NCBI GenBank assembly: GCA_965153455.1
Contig: OZ234494.1
Location: forward strand, 4,774,001 to 4,838,000
Source: Sphagnum compactum
Taxonomy: Eukaryota
Direction: 5' to 3'
Length of the DNA stretch: 64,000 nt
Under the pieces are notes generated by a model. That model made no database searches. It had not been told where the DNA came from and saw only the letters and a list, made by a program, of their open reading frames with translations. Both the position numbers and the translations under genes were made by a program. This document shows positions 1-13,485 of this stretch, one piece after another (the stretch's first letter is position 1; the number at the start of each line of letters is the position of its first letter).

Positions 1-2421
1 GGCCACTTTAGATGAGGATTGAAGGTCAAGGGTCTAATAAAATAGAGCAACCTTATTGGATGACAGCCATAAATTGGACCCACAACTTTCAGATGAGGGC
101 CCAAGACCAAAAAGTGGCAAATCAAGGCTAAATCTACATGGCACCATTTTGGAATGAAAATTTATTGGTTCAAACCCCCCCAAAAAAAAAGCTTAAAAAG
201 GCGAGCTCATGATTTGAAGAGCCAAGATGCAAGCTAGGGTCCAAGGGAGGGTCCAACCCAAGGATGCAAAATTTGCTTCAAGTGAGTCCAAATTGGTTCC
301 TACAAATTTGGACCATGGACCCCTATCTAGAGTGGGCCTTAGTATCTGGGCTTATTACTTCCAGAAAAAACATTACCTAGCCTAGTTGGATCCAAATCCC
401 TATGTTCAGAGTCAAGAACAAAATAGAGGATAATGTTGGCCAGAATTCCAAGTATCCTCAATTCCCAAGGACCCAATTCCCAAGGAGGTGAGCTCATTGG
501 GAATTGGGGATAGTTGAAATTATGGACCAACACTAATCTCTACTTCAAAGTTCATATATAACATAATTTAGATATTTATATATTCTTCAAGTATCCCCAA
601 TTCCCAAGGAGCCAAGGGACCACGTATGTGTAACTTATAAAATAAATAAATAAATAAATAAATAAATATGTAAATAAATAAATAGTTATAGAAGTAATAA
701 AGCCATGGGTGACGAGGTTTCAACTTCCCACACTTGTGTTGACTCAGCAGTGAGCACTACTACTACGTGTAACTTAACCACAAGTTAGGTGGAGAAGCTT
801 AAATGCGAAGAGGGGGGGGTTGAAAGAGAAGAAATGGCATAATTAAACAAATAAGTAAATAAAATAAAGAGGGGTGGGGAGCAATAAGGGCTAGTCTAGA
901 GGGGAGGGGGGGGAAGCATTGATGATACTAGACCTGTGGCTGCTTGCTGTCTTCATTATACACTCTTTCTCCTTCCCAGCTCCTCACTCCTCCCTCTTGC
1001 TTGTGTGTCTCCCTCTCACTCGCTCTTCTCTCTACCCAGTTGTTGTGTGTTTGTTTGTTGGCTGATTCATTCAGTAGCCTAGGCTAGTAGTGATGGTGGG
1101 TAAAAAACACAGGGTTGGTTGTTGGGTTTCCTCTTCTTCTTCTTCCTCCTCCTCCTCTACTTCCTTCCTTCCTTCCTTCCTTCCTCATTTAGGGTGGAGG
1201 GTTGCATGCATGTAATCTCTTTTTATTTCAATGTTTGGTGTGTGATAAAAGTCATCCTCTCTTGTAGTGGTACTAGCTGACTGACTGACTGACTGACTGC
1301 CTGACTGACTCCTGAAGAAGAAGTGATTTTGTTGTTGTGTTTTTTTTTCCTTCCATCACACAAAAAAGAATTTTTTGCCATCAGTTTTACACAAACAACC
1401 ACTAGCCTACAACTCTCTCTGTGTCTGACAAAAAGTGTGTGCAGTTAGAAAAAGTCTCTGCATTATTTCTGCACTTTCCTCACTGTTCTGCTGCTGCTGC
1501 TGCTAGTTGCAACATTCATAGCCGGGAGTGTATGTTTTTAAAATTTTATTTTTGGTTGAAGAGATTGGCGTGTGAACATCATCTCGTCCCTTACACGTCC
1601 TGCAGCGATCCCGTTCCCCGCCCCCCCCGGCAATGCTGCTTTCCAACGGGTTCTATAAGTGCCGTCCCCTGTGAACCGAACTGCTCAGTTGTTGTTGCAG
1701 CAGTAGCAGCAGTCTCTTCTTCTTTCCCCCCTCCAACGCACGCTGTCTGTCTGTCTGTCCGTCTTCTGTGTCTGTTGTTGTGCCTCTCACAGTCTCCTGT
1801 AGCTATTCCTCCTCCTCCTCCTCCTCTTCTTCTTCTTCTTCCTGCATAGATATATCGATAGATCTAACTTAACCCTCTTACAAGTCTTCTGTGAAACCTG
1901 CCTCACTAGTATTTGCTCATTCAATGACAATAATATTCGTACAAGCTCAAGAGGTGCTTGTAGACTAACTAGCTTCTGAACTCTGCCTCTGAACTCTAGA
2001 TCAGGTGGCTAGACTCCCCTGGGTTGTGGCAAAATCCTGCTCCGGTGGGCAGGCGGCTGCACTTGGACCCTGTATCTCTCTTTTCCCTTCTGCACTCTTC
2101 TCGGTCCGCATTCTTACTTCTGTTGTCTGTGATCTCGTGCTGCGTGCATTGGGTTTTGCAGTATTGTACTGTTGTTGCTGTTGTTTTTGTGGGTTTTTAC
2201 GTGTTGGAGTTTATGCACAGCAGCTCTTTATTTGTGGCTGCTGCTTTGAGCTGAGATTTTTCTTACAATGTAGCTGCAACCAACTACTACATTCTCTTCT
2301 TCAAAGTGATATGGTCATGCTGCAGAGTCTTGGATCTGTTCGACTCTTCTCCGCCGGCCTGACAGTCGCAGTACTAGAAATCAGGAGGAGCTGAATAAGG
2401 CTTCCACAAAAAAACGTGACA

Positions 2422-5400
2422 ATGACAACAGCAGCAAGTACTAGTTCTTCAGCTTTCAGTGGAGGAGGAGGAGGAGGAGGACCTCGTCTGAATATGGGCG
2501 GGTGGGGGGAGCTGCTGCAAGGAGGAGGAGGAGCGCCTGCTCTGCATGTGTCGACGTTTGCGATATTACTGTCCACGGCGGTATTAGCAACGGCGTGGTG
2601 GGTACTCCTGCACAGGTTGAAGCAACGACACTACAAGGGACCCAAGAGCTGGCCCTTACTGGGTTGCCTCCTGGAGCAGGCGGCCCATTTCGACGACATG
2701 CACGACTGGCTGCTGGATTACTTCAAGGATCTCCTTACCTACTCCGTGCCCATGGTGAACTTCAACAATACCTTCACCGTCGACCCTGCTAACGTCGAAT
2801 GGATCCTCAAAACCAACTTCAACAACTACCCCAAGGTTCCGGCACCTCATCCTGCAACACATTCATGCCCTACCTAGCATACCCATTCCATTCTCTCTCT
2901 TCACCGGTGCTCAGTATGTGACCCTGCAAATTAAATTTGGATGAACAAAAGTCAAAACATGCCGGTTTGGCTCCATCAGCAGAATATTGGTTTTGGCCCA
3001 GCATTTTTGCACAGTTGCCTGCTTTAGGCTGTTAAAAGGCACAGCAAAGCTTAACACCATCCCCTGCTGTTCATTGGCTACATAGTTTGATTGGTCCTCC
3101 AGGTGGGTTGTTATTAGTAGTCTCCCACCTATTGGCCCAGCATTTTTGCATAGTTTGCTGAGGCTGGTAAAAACGCACAGCAAAACCCAACACCTCCTGC
3201 TGCTGCTGTTCATTGAGGTGGGTTGCTATTAGTAGTCTGGACCCACCTATTTATTTGCAGTTCCAGTTTTAGTTTTATGGATGGGGCAGTTGGAAAAACG
3301 CAGGTAACTAAAACTTGGATGTGAGAATTATTTTTGCAGGGTCACTCACATGCTGAGCACCGCTGGAGATGCTCTAATCAAACCTCGAAACTAATAGAAT
3401 TCACGAAGTTTTCCAAGGGGGCAATCATGAGTTGCAACCCAAAATTCATTTTTCTGGTCTATGCTGCATATATATATGTGTGTGTGTATGTCTTGTCTAG
3501 AGTGCTTGCATGAGGCAGTCTAACTATCATGGGTGGTGGTAGATTTCTACAGTGGATTTGGTCTGAGAGGACTCATGGTGGCCAGTAGGGGGAATTTACA
3601 CTGTTGCATGGATATGAGGAGAACAGTACTCATGACATGTCTACCAAATCACATAACCTACTTTGACACTCCCTAATAATGTAATGTAAGCAATAAGGTC
3701 AGTGTGCAGCTATGTGTCTACACATGCACTTGGTTGCAGCTGTGAGCACTAGCTACAATTGGATTGGATGGTCAAGTTTAAGGAACTTATGATTCTGGTT
3801 GAAGAAGTTTAGGGCCAGTTGTAGCTACTCAGAGACTGAATGCTAACTGTTTACATGGCAACAGCAGCACCAGTCTAGCTCTCTCCTCTTAGATGTATCT
3901 CTGTTTAGTTGTGATGTTGCTGCCAGTAGATTTGCAAAAGCTTACGTGATTTGGGTTCAGAACATGCCTGGTGAATTACACCCGATATCTAAAGCCCTGG
4001 ACAAAACTGAGGAGGATATGAGCTATATGGCAATGACGAATGATGTCATTAATCCATCCCCTGTGACTCTAATTGTTGCAGTCACATCTGTTCTCCTATC
4101 AAATGCTTCACCTGAAGCTGATTTGTTGAGGCACAAATGATTAGCTAGGGTACCCATCCAAGCCCACACCTTTTTAAGGTTGGCATCTTCTGGAGAATAT
4201 CTGTGGACCCCACCATCAAAAAAGAGCATTGGTGGTCCTTGAAGAGGTTTTTCCAAGAAAATGTGAGAAATTCCGGTTGCAAATTTCATGTCCTGTTCGA
4301 TCTCTTTATGACATGAATATTGAATCTTCTTGCTGTCTGGATATTGTCAATTCAGGGGGAGTTGATCAAAGAGCGGTTTGAGGATGTGATGGGGCATGGG
4401 ATCTTCATTGTGGATGGTGAGCAATGGAAACATCAAAGGAAAGTTGCCACTGTTGAGTTTTCCTCATCAAAGTTGAGAGACTTCAGTGTGCATGCCTACC
4501 GAAGTGGAGCCTTGAAGCTTGTCCAAGTCCTTGCCATAGCTGCCAAGAACCATGAAATTGTAGACCTCCAGGTATGTCACTTATTATGCATGGTCACCAA
4601 GTGCACCTCTCTAAGACATCAAAATTGTTCTTGAACCGTACCCACACTGATGTAATCGAATTGCCCTGATGCAGGATCTGTTTATGAGATTAACACTTGA
4701 CTCCATTTGCAAAATCGGATTTGGTGTTGAGATTGGGTGCCTATCACCATCGCTACCAGAGGTGCCATTTGCAAAGGCCTTTGATGAGTGCAATCGACTT
4801 GTCATTCGCCGCTACATTGACATATTCTGGAAGATCAAGAGGGCGCTAAACATTGGTACTGAGGCTCAGTTGCGGAAAAACATTCAGGTCATGGACTCTT
4901 TCCTGTACAAGGTTATTGAAACCCGGCGCGCAGATGTAGATGCTGCTAAGGCCCTTCATCAAAGCGAGGTAATCAAATCTTCCACTGCATCACCTAATCT
5001 TAACTGCTGAAGAAGTGAGACGACAGTCTCTTCAGTCATCCCAAGCCTTGTTTAAGGGTATATGAGGGTTGTTGGTCTCATTCCCATCTGCCATGCAGGT
5101 GAGAAATGACATACTGTCAAGATTCATGGCAAAAGATTTGGCATGTGATGGGGAGGTATATGATGACAAGAAACTCCGGGATGTGTGCATCAACTTTATT
5201 GTAGCAGGACGTGACACCACTGCAGTCACTCTCTCATGGTTCTTCTCTGAGCTTTGCAAGCACCCTGAGGTTGTGAACAACATTCTTGCTGAAGTTTCTG
5301 AAGTTTTTCACAAGGAGCAGGAGTCAGTCCAAAATGGCAAACAAAACAAAACAAATTGCAACGGAATCAGCTTTCAAGGGTTAGGGGACCAGATCCTTGA

Positions 5401-6142
5401 GTTTGCACAAAGGTTGAACTATCAAAACCTTGCTAAACTGCATTATTTGCATGCTGCCCTGACGGAGGCCCTCAGGCTCTATCCAGCTGTTCCGTTGGTA
5501 AACACTTCTCCATCCCCCCATCTATCTATTGTGCCAATCTGCACTCAAAGATGAGATAGTTTCCCATCTCATTGTAGATCACAAGATGTTAGGTCTTGAG
5601 TAGTGACAGGCATGCATGGGTTGCATTTACAGGAGACCAAAGCAGCAGTGAATGATGATGTGTTCCCAGATGGCACAGTTATCAAAGGGGGCAATTTTGT
5701 GAGCTTTGCACCGTATGCAATGGGTCGGTTGGAATGTCTGTGGGGGCCTGATGCATTGGAATTCAAGCCTGAGCGATGGTTGAAGGATGGTGTATTTCAG
5801 CCAGAATCTCCATATAAACTCACTGCTTTTCAGGTGGGCTACTAATCTATAAGGTTTGTTCTGGATTTATGTGTACCCCATGTTAAGGGAATTATCACGG
5901 AATCACTCATGGACAAATGATCTCATGATGATCTTTGCTTGGATGCATGAATCCAACAGGCTGGTCCAAGGATGTGTTTGGGGAAGGATTCGGCTTACCT
6001 CCAAATGAAGATGACCACACTACTACTCCTTCAGTTCTTCAATTTTGAGCTAGTCAAAGGCCAAAACCTTAACTACTCCATGATGGTTATTTTGTCCATT
6101 GCAGGCGGCATGAAAGCACACATAACCCAGAAAACGATTTAA
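2422..6142 (+). CDS. CYP704B: Cytochrome P450, CYP86 clan, CYP704B-like fatty-acid omega-hydroxylase (about 568 aa, 6 exons)
   Basis: Exons 2422-2835, 4356-4571, 4675-4968, 5099-5497, 5633-5833 and 5960-6142 join through phase-0 GT-AG introns into one open frame (alternative ATG at 2494). Motifs: N-terminal TM helix, I-helix NFIVAGRDTT, ExxR (EALRLYP), FKPERW, and heme motif FQAGPRMCLGKDSAYLQMKM. QDLFMRLTLDSICKIGFGVEIG is also CYP704B-like. Confidence 0.93.
2898..3374. mobile_element. PIF/Harbinger (Tourist-like) MITE in CYP704B intron 1; left TIR eroded
   Basis: Right end ...GCTGGAGATGCTC is followed by TAA (3375-3377). Subterminal inverted repeat GGTGCTCAGTATGTGACCCTGCAAA / TTTGCAGGGTCACTCACATGCTGAGCACC. 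Same family as 12444-13041. Confidence 0.7.
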
Positions 6143-7190
6143 ACTGATTTTCTTTCCGATCACCTGACACACAAAGGTGGAGTTGCGCAGAAAGTGAAGG
6201 TGATCGCAAAGAAAATTGGTTTAGGTCGTTCTTTTCATTTGTTCTGAAAGTGGAATTCAATTGCTTTCACTTTCCTACTTTTTCTCTGGTGAAGCTTTGT
6301 ATTTCACCACTTAAAAAGTGGTGAAGTCCAATATGCTGCATGGCATTCCAGATATTAGCCAAACTCAATATTTCAATCGTTAAATAAGCTAGAACGAGTT
6401 CTCAAAAATTGGATCCACACTTAGTATTGCGGTGTACAAAGAAAGCGAGAGGGAGAGAGAGACAGGAGCGAAGCACATGGATCGAGTGCAGTGGGACCAT
6501 AAGACCGTAAGTGTTTTATAAGGTGTTATCAGCAGTTGTGAAGTTATTATTTCTAGCGCAAAAGCAACAATGATGTCACTGGGTTTACCTGGGCATGTAC
6601 AAATAAAAGACTGATTATCATAACACAAATGCTAGTGGCCTAAATGGCCTTGTTGCATCAAAGTTCTTCATTACAGAACATCTGCAATAAAACATCTTAA
6701 GTTTCTGGTTTTGGACGCACACATTGTTCACAAATTCATGCTACAAGGAAGATAATTGGTGTCGGGGTCAAAAGGTTCTGCACAAATTTGAATGAGTTCC
6801 CTTTTGCAAAACTAGCACTCATTATTTGGAGGCATATATCTTGATAACTAGTCCAAGTTTGTCCAATTAGTCCAATTTGAGAAAAGGTTAAGTGGTCCAA
6901 TTACCGTTGGAGGCAAGAAGGGTGGATACTCTAAGAAGCTACAATGCAAAACTCTTGTATAAGGAAAAAGGATTGAGGAGTACAACTTTTTGGCAATTTT
7001 GGGAGGGTTTAGTGTTCACACAATGGTACTTCTCGTTCGCAACACTTTTAAATTCGTAAAACAATTTTTTCTTGTTCATGCAATTCTTTGGTTTTGGGGC
7101 AAAACTTTTTATTAGTGTACAAATTAGTCCACCTCAATTCTTGCACATAACCCACATCCGTAACGAGATACTCAACAACCTGATTGGCTG

Positions 7191-7258
7191 TCAGGTCACA
7201 ATTATGAGCCATAACCGTCTACCTCAGGTCACAATTATGAGCCATAACCGTCTACCTC
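7191..7258. repeat. Perfect 33-bp tandem duplication
   Basis: TCAGGTCACAATTATGAGCCATAACCGTCTACC occurs twice in a row. Confidence 0.9.
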
Positions 7259-8579
7259 TCTGTTATTAGTGACCTGCCAGCTAGCATGAGGCTGGCCACT
7301 CATTGGCCCAAAGATGAAATTACCCTCTGCTGTGTGGATGAATGCTTTCACAACCTCTCCCTGCATGGATGCAAAAAGGGTACATCTTGTATCTCAGGAC
7401 AGATGGTTATGTCCGGTAACCAACTTGAAGTTACTGGTTACCCCTAGTACATAGCAAAGGTTTTACATGTGTGTATGTAAAGGTTTTTTTTTTGGTCGAC
7501 ATAACGTTGTTCTAGTGCACTTTCATCATTGACAACATCTCATAAGCTTCCTCGACCTAATCATGTATTTCATTATTGTAGTTTGTTGATCATGGATGAA
7601 ATTAATTTGCAAATACCCATTTGTCATCTATATTGAATGCGATTCATTAGTTATAATGAACTTTTTTGTCCATAATAGGTGTTTAGAAGCATGCTTAAAA
7701 AGGTTCCTTGAATGGTGGACTATATGGAATCTTCTATGGAAACTGCCTTGAACTAAGTTTCCTATGTTCCACATAGGTATAGATAGAGGTAAACCCTAGT
7801 TACTTTCAATTTCAATCATTTCGTGTTTTGACTAAGATGTTATTTAAACATTGTAATACCTTTTCAAAGGCACACATTTAAAAGAAATTACATGTTCAAA
7901 ACATTATAAATCAAGGAAGTTACATACTTATTTGTCAATGCCAAATTTTTTGGATGTTGAGATAGTTATGCATAAGTGTTTAAAGGGCTTATCATTTAAA
8001 TTTTTTTTGTTACTTAGTATCCAATAGGTACCTTATTTACTCGTCACTTACCTATAACAACTCCAATGTCCACTACAACTCATTTAAGTTGTTGAATAAA
8101 GTGAAATCCTTGCTATTCAACAACTTGTAATGTGGAAAGAAAATTATGGAGTATTTTGTTTTATTCAACACTTGAATGTTAAACTAATAAGGTATTACAC
8201 TTTTTTTGTGGCATACTTCACGGTGTTTTTTGTTAGCATATTTTGTGGTTCAATTTAGATAAAGGCCTAGTTCTAGTGATGATGATAATGTGAGGATGAT
8301 AATCAAAACCGGTCTAGGTGAAGCAAATATATGCTCCAATAATAATCATTGTTAGGACAATTCCAACATGGTTTTTTGGTTGACAATTACACCTTCATTT
8401 TCAAGTCAAACGACCTCATTTTTTCATATTAATTTTCCTAATAACTACCTCCAATCTTAATAAATATTTCGCTCCTTTCCCCTACCCACCAACATGATAC
8501 AAAAAGGCAAATTAACATGTTCATGTTCATGATATTTAATTCAAATTATATTAGATTTAAGATTGACATAAATAATGCT

Positions 8580-9300
8580 GAACTATTGGAAACCATATGG
8601 GAACATAAGAAGAAAGAAAAAATAATTGATCATCATTGGTAATGCAAAAGAGCACGAAGCCGTTTTAGTTCTTGTGCATGTTGAGAATTCTTTGTTTATG
8701 ACAATTTTCATGACCATGACATACTTCAATAAGTTTAGACTTGATTCACAATATTGACTACGTTTTGAAAAATCATCCAAGTTCACCACATTCAAAGTGT
8801 GCTTGTGGATTGCTTTAATTAGTGTCTAGTACTTATTCTTATGGTATGTAATAAACAATCAAAGAATATGGTTGTGTAGAGTTTTATTCTTCTTGTGTAT
8901 CAATTTTCAATAGTCATACAATGTATTATTTTTCATCCCCATCAACTTATAAATTCTTGACATGAAATGAAACATAAATTGTTTGTTTTGCGTGAAATGT
9001 TTCATTGCTTCATAATACTCCCAATTGAATTGTTTTGACAAATGATATGTGTTGTGTTCATCAATGATTAATTTCCGAAATGAAATGTTGTGGTTGGTCC
9101 ATTTGTGACAATTTGATATCTTTTTTAGAATAAAAGTTAAAACTATTCCATGTGTCCTTGCATATTCAGCCAATCCTTGACATTTATGGAGGTCATTCAT
9201 AATTTTGGTCCAATCTTGTGCACCAAGAAGCATGTGAGTTGTAGGATCCATGATGCCATTTGAACAACATATTCATCATGTTTGCATTTGATGAGTGTGG
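8580..9300 (-). mobile_element. Highly decayed transposon-derived coding remnant, possibly a Myb/SANT-like ORF of a DNA transposon
   Basis: Interrupted protein-like fragments (CHKWTNHN..FRKL, HLSKQFNWEYYEAM) lie in a CpG-depleted AT-rich block (about 7500-11900). The family call is a guess. Confidence 0.3.
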
Positions 9301-12300
9301 TTAAGGTGTTCTCAATTTACTTGTCATTGACAAGTTTTATTGGTGGTGATATCACAATGTGATGAAATAATTTTAGATAGATGTGGAGTCCAAAATAAAG
9401 ATAAATTAACATTGTGAAAGTAGGATTCAATATGATATTTTGAATCACATGAACCATGTGGCAAGGTGTCAATAGAAATTTAAGATTTGTACTTTGAAAC
9501 ACTAGTTTAATTCATGAAGATCTTATGTTTTGAAAGATGAATATTTGATCAATTTATCTTATTGAATCAAAGACTTCATTTAAAAATCAATATTTTGATA
9601 TATGTTTTTCAAATATACATGACCTTTTGAAAAATAAAAAATAGTAACATTGTCACCACACCATATTCAATGTCAAAATATTCACTAAAATTAGAATTTT
9701 GTTTAAACAAATTGAGTCCATATTCATGTATTATGAACCATATTACTTGGTTTTCGGTAATCCTTTGAAAGTTCAATATGTTATGGCAATTTAAAATCTA
9801 TTCATGAAATTCACAATTGATGTGATTATAACATATAGAGTATTGTAAAGTTGATTCGTTTATATTTTAATCATTTATATTTTGTTCCATGGCCAAATAG
9901 AAAGTCCAAAAATTTACAAAAATTGTCCTATCATGTGGTTTTATGCATAATGTAGTGTGCTTTCACTTGGCACTGCTAGATTTCCTCCTTTTAATTGGTT
10001 CCTTTTCTTTTTGAATTCATTGCTTTCATTTTAAACAAAATGTGTGTGCATGTGTGTTATGATTATAAAAATGTTATGTGTTGTAAAAGGTCAGTTGCAA
10101 GAATAGGCAATTGGGAGGCAAAAAACAATGACATTGTAAAATGCTCATTGTAAGAGGAGGGAACTAAAATGCACAATAGGATGACAAATTTGTTAGAAAG
10201 GTATTAAGAAACAAATGAAAATAATGTTGGAGATTATTATTTTACATGTTGTATTTCTTGAAGTGGCTAATTTATTATTTGTGATAATCATGGGAATACA
10301 TGAACAATGAAAATTTGGAATAACTTTTTGGTAGTTTACCACTTACATTGCCACAAACACTAGTGCTTGAAAAAGTGTGCCACATAGTCTAATTGGTGGA
10401 TACATGAGTATTGTAAATAATTTTAATTTATAGTCATAATACCAACACCATTTACCTTATGCGTGAACAATATTAAATGTTACAACTAATAGTTGTAAGA
10501 TTCATTTAGAAGGCCAATCATTAGAGAACCTTGATTTATAATTGAAGAGTTAAACATATATGATAGATTCACAAAAATAATTCAAACCAAATTGAACACA
10601 TGATTTCACATTTGATTTCAAACATATAAATGCATGAAACTAGCTGAAAGTCACATCCAAGTCCAAAATTGCATTTAATTTTTTCATTCATTTTTCATCA
10701 TTGAATTTACTACTAAATGAGCAAACGCATCCTTGGGTGATATCATTAGGAACCACCTCAAGAAAATCTAAACAAAGGTGGACCCAATTTAATCAAATTT
10801 AAAAAAAATGAATCTTTTTGAAATGTCCTTTTAATTGTTGACTTCCACCACATGAGCTTTGTGTCCCCACCTATGTACACAATATGAAAAAATTGTAGAC
10901 ACCTACATAAACTAAACAAGTAGTCAAGAAATTTTTGTTTTCAAAATGTTCTTGACATGTGTTCCTTAATTTTTTTATCCCTTATCATTAAATGTCAAGT
11001 TGCACCATTGTAAAAAAATGTTCTATTTGATTTATCAACTATAGTTGGTAGGATATGGTCATAATTTTTTATTGAAATAAAAAGATGAAAATTATTACAA
11101 ATTTGTAAACATGAATGCAATGACCCTTCAAGGCCTCCTAATCTTGACCTTCAAAAATTGCTCAAAAGTTTTTGATTGCTTCAATTCATTATCTATTAAT
11201 CAAATAAAAAGAAAACCATCTTAGGCCCTCCTAGAAATTAAAGCATTAATTTCTTTGAAAAACATGTTCATTTTGTGTCCCTAAACAAATGAATTCGAAA
11301 TGTTACTTTCCTTAAAAAATTTCTTGCAATTTTTTCTTTGACCATTCATTTGGAATATTAAAAATCAATTAAAAAAAATCAATTAAAGTTTCAAATTTTA
11401 CATGACTTGGGTAAATTTTTGACATAAAATTCAAATTGAAAAGTCTTCTTTAAATGAGTCCTATGTTATTTTGAAATTAAATGAGTTAAGAAACCTTAGG
11501 GTTAATGTTCCTAAAGATACCACCCAAGGATGGGTTTGCCCAAAGGACCAAATTACATTACAAAATTTGAACAAGAAGTGTTGAAAATTGACAATGGAAC
11601 AACGAGAAAACAACAATGCTAATAACAAGAGTTGATGCAAACTCTCCATCCAATCTCTATCCAACCTTAGGATCACACATGTTATTGCAACCTTTATGAA
11701 AGAAACATGAAGCTTTGCCCTATTGTAATAGATTACATTTCAAGGCCAACATTTCATGCCATGACTATTTCATGTTATGCCTAGAATGTGTCATAATTGA
11801 ACGCATAGAAACATGAACAAATATCAATATTGTATTGAAAAATGTAACTGATTTTAGGGTTTTATTCCGACAATTTTCTAAGTTCTTTTTTTCTGGGTGG
11901 GACATGCAAACATCTACAAAGCTTCACTTTTTGTGTTGTCAATATATGTTTCTAATGTGAATCAACAATCGAGAGTGAGATTGAATGAATGTGAATAAGG
12001 TCCATTCCATAGTACGTAACTTGGTGGGACATTGATTCACCAATAGTAGTAGTACATTGGCAACTTTGACAAAGGTTTGTCAAATAATTAATTACTTTTG
12101 GAAATTTCATTTTTGAGAAATAGAATATTGCTGAAAATTCAAATTTTCCCTTAAAAAAATTGTAACTTGAAAAAAATAATTCAACATTTGTGAAAATAAT
12201 ATAATCGAAAGCTGTCAAGGAAGTAGGGTAGCTAACAAGGACGCCCTTGAAGAAGCTGTGCAGTTATAATTAGCTTAACTATTGTGGGTGAAAAACAATA

Positions 12301-12443
12301 AAGAGATTCTATCCCATTCCATAAGACAAATTCAGAACCAGCAATCAAATCCAACAACCTCATTGGCCTGGAAAAATAATCTTCAGGCCTATACACAGCC
12401 CTATTCTGCTTGCTGGACGTTGAAAATAGTGATCCCATTCTAA

Positions 12444-13041
12444 GAGCATCCCCAGAGCTGCATTCAGTATGTGACCCTGCACGTTACAATCGGATGAAGA
12501 AAAGTCAAAATGTGCCGGTTTAGTTCAGGAAAATAGTTTTGCTCCCCTACATGTTCTCAGTTTGCTGAGCCTGGTAAAAGCTGTGCACCTGCTAGTGAAG
12601 AGTGTAATAAATATGATTGGCAAAACATAATGATTGGTCTAGGCGGTTTACTAATTAGTATTTCCCACATACCTGCTAGTGAAGAGTGTAATAAATATGA
12701 TTGGCAAAACACAATGATTGGTCCAGGTGGTTTACTAATTAGTATTTCCCACATACCTGCTAGTGACGAGTGTAACTAATATGATTGGCAAAACATAATG
12801 ATTGGTCCAGGTGGTTTACTAATTAGTATTTCCCACATACCTGCTAGTGAAGAGTGTAACTAATATGATTGGCAAAACATAATGATTGGTCCAGGTGGTT
12901 TACTAATTAGTATTTCCCACATATTTGCAGTCCCGGTTTCAGTTTCATGGGTGGTGTTGCAAAAGAAAAAAGTGGATGACTAAACTTGGTTCTGAGAAAT
13001 ACTTTTGCAGAGTCACATACTGAGTACTGGTGGGGATGCTC
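12444..13041. mobile_element. PIF/Harbinger (Tourist-like) MITE about 445 bp upstream of the BtaB ATG
   Basis: TIRs GAGCATCCCCA ... TGGGGATGCTC are flanked by a TAA duplication (12441-12443, 13042-13044). Subterminal IR TCAGTATGTGACCCTGCA / TGCAGAGTCACATACTGA. Confidence 0.85.
12587..12922. repeat. 4 x 84-bp tandem array inside the MITE
   Basis: Units start ACCTGCTAGTGA at 12587, 12671, 12755 and 12839; each carries two ATTGG (reverse CCAAT) motifs. Confidence 0.92.
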
Positions 13042-13485
13042 TAACATTTCCATAGGTCCTCTAAAATTCTCACAAACCCACCAAACCCTATTAGGTACAC
13101 ATTTAACTCTTAGTTCACTCAAAATAGCAAAGGAAAAAAAAATTCAGACCACCAAATCCAGCAATTTCATTGGCCATAACAATTTTTCTGCACACCTAAA
13201 CACAAGCCTATTCAACACCCTCCGTATAGTATAGTAGTACCCTCGTATTATAACGCTTGGCTGTCTGTACACATACAGGGTTGAAAACTGGACTAGGGTT
13301 TTTTTTAGGGTTTCTGGAATTAGAGAGAGAGAGAGAGCTAGTATCTATCACTCTTCGTCTTTCTCTAGCTTTGGTTTTAGCTGTTGTTGCTGCTGCTCCC
13401 ACGCAGGGGTGACCGCCGTTTTTCCCTTGTCTCTTAGAAGACGCAGGTTTCTAGGGGCAGAGAACTTGGTATCTAGTTGGTGGAG

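Noticed and set aside
1421-2394. ORFs upstream of CYP704B (1421-1849, 2005-2394)
   Set aside because: Non-ATG starts and low-complexity translations of microsatellite-rich promoter or 5' UTR sequence.
12587-12922. Regularly spaced repeats here, and at 26288-26940 and 55013-55200, as CRISPR arrays
   Set aside because: They are contiguous tandem units with no unique spacers, there are no cas genes, and the context is eukaryotic.
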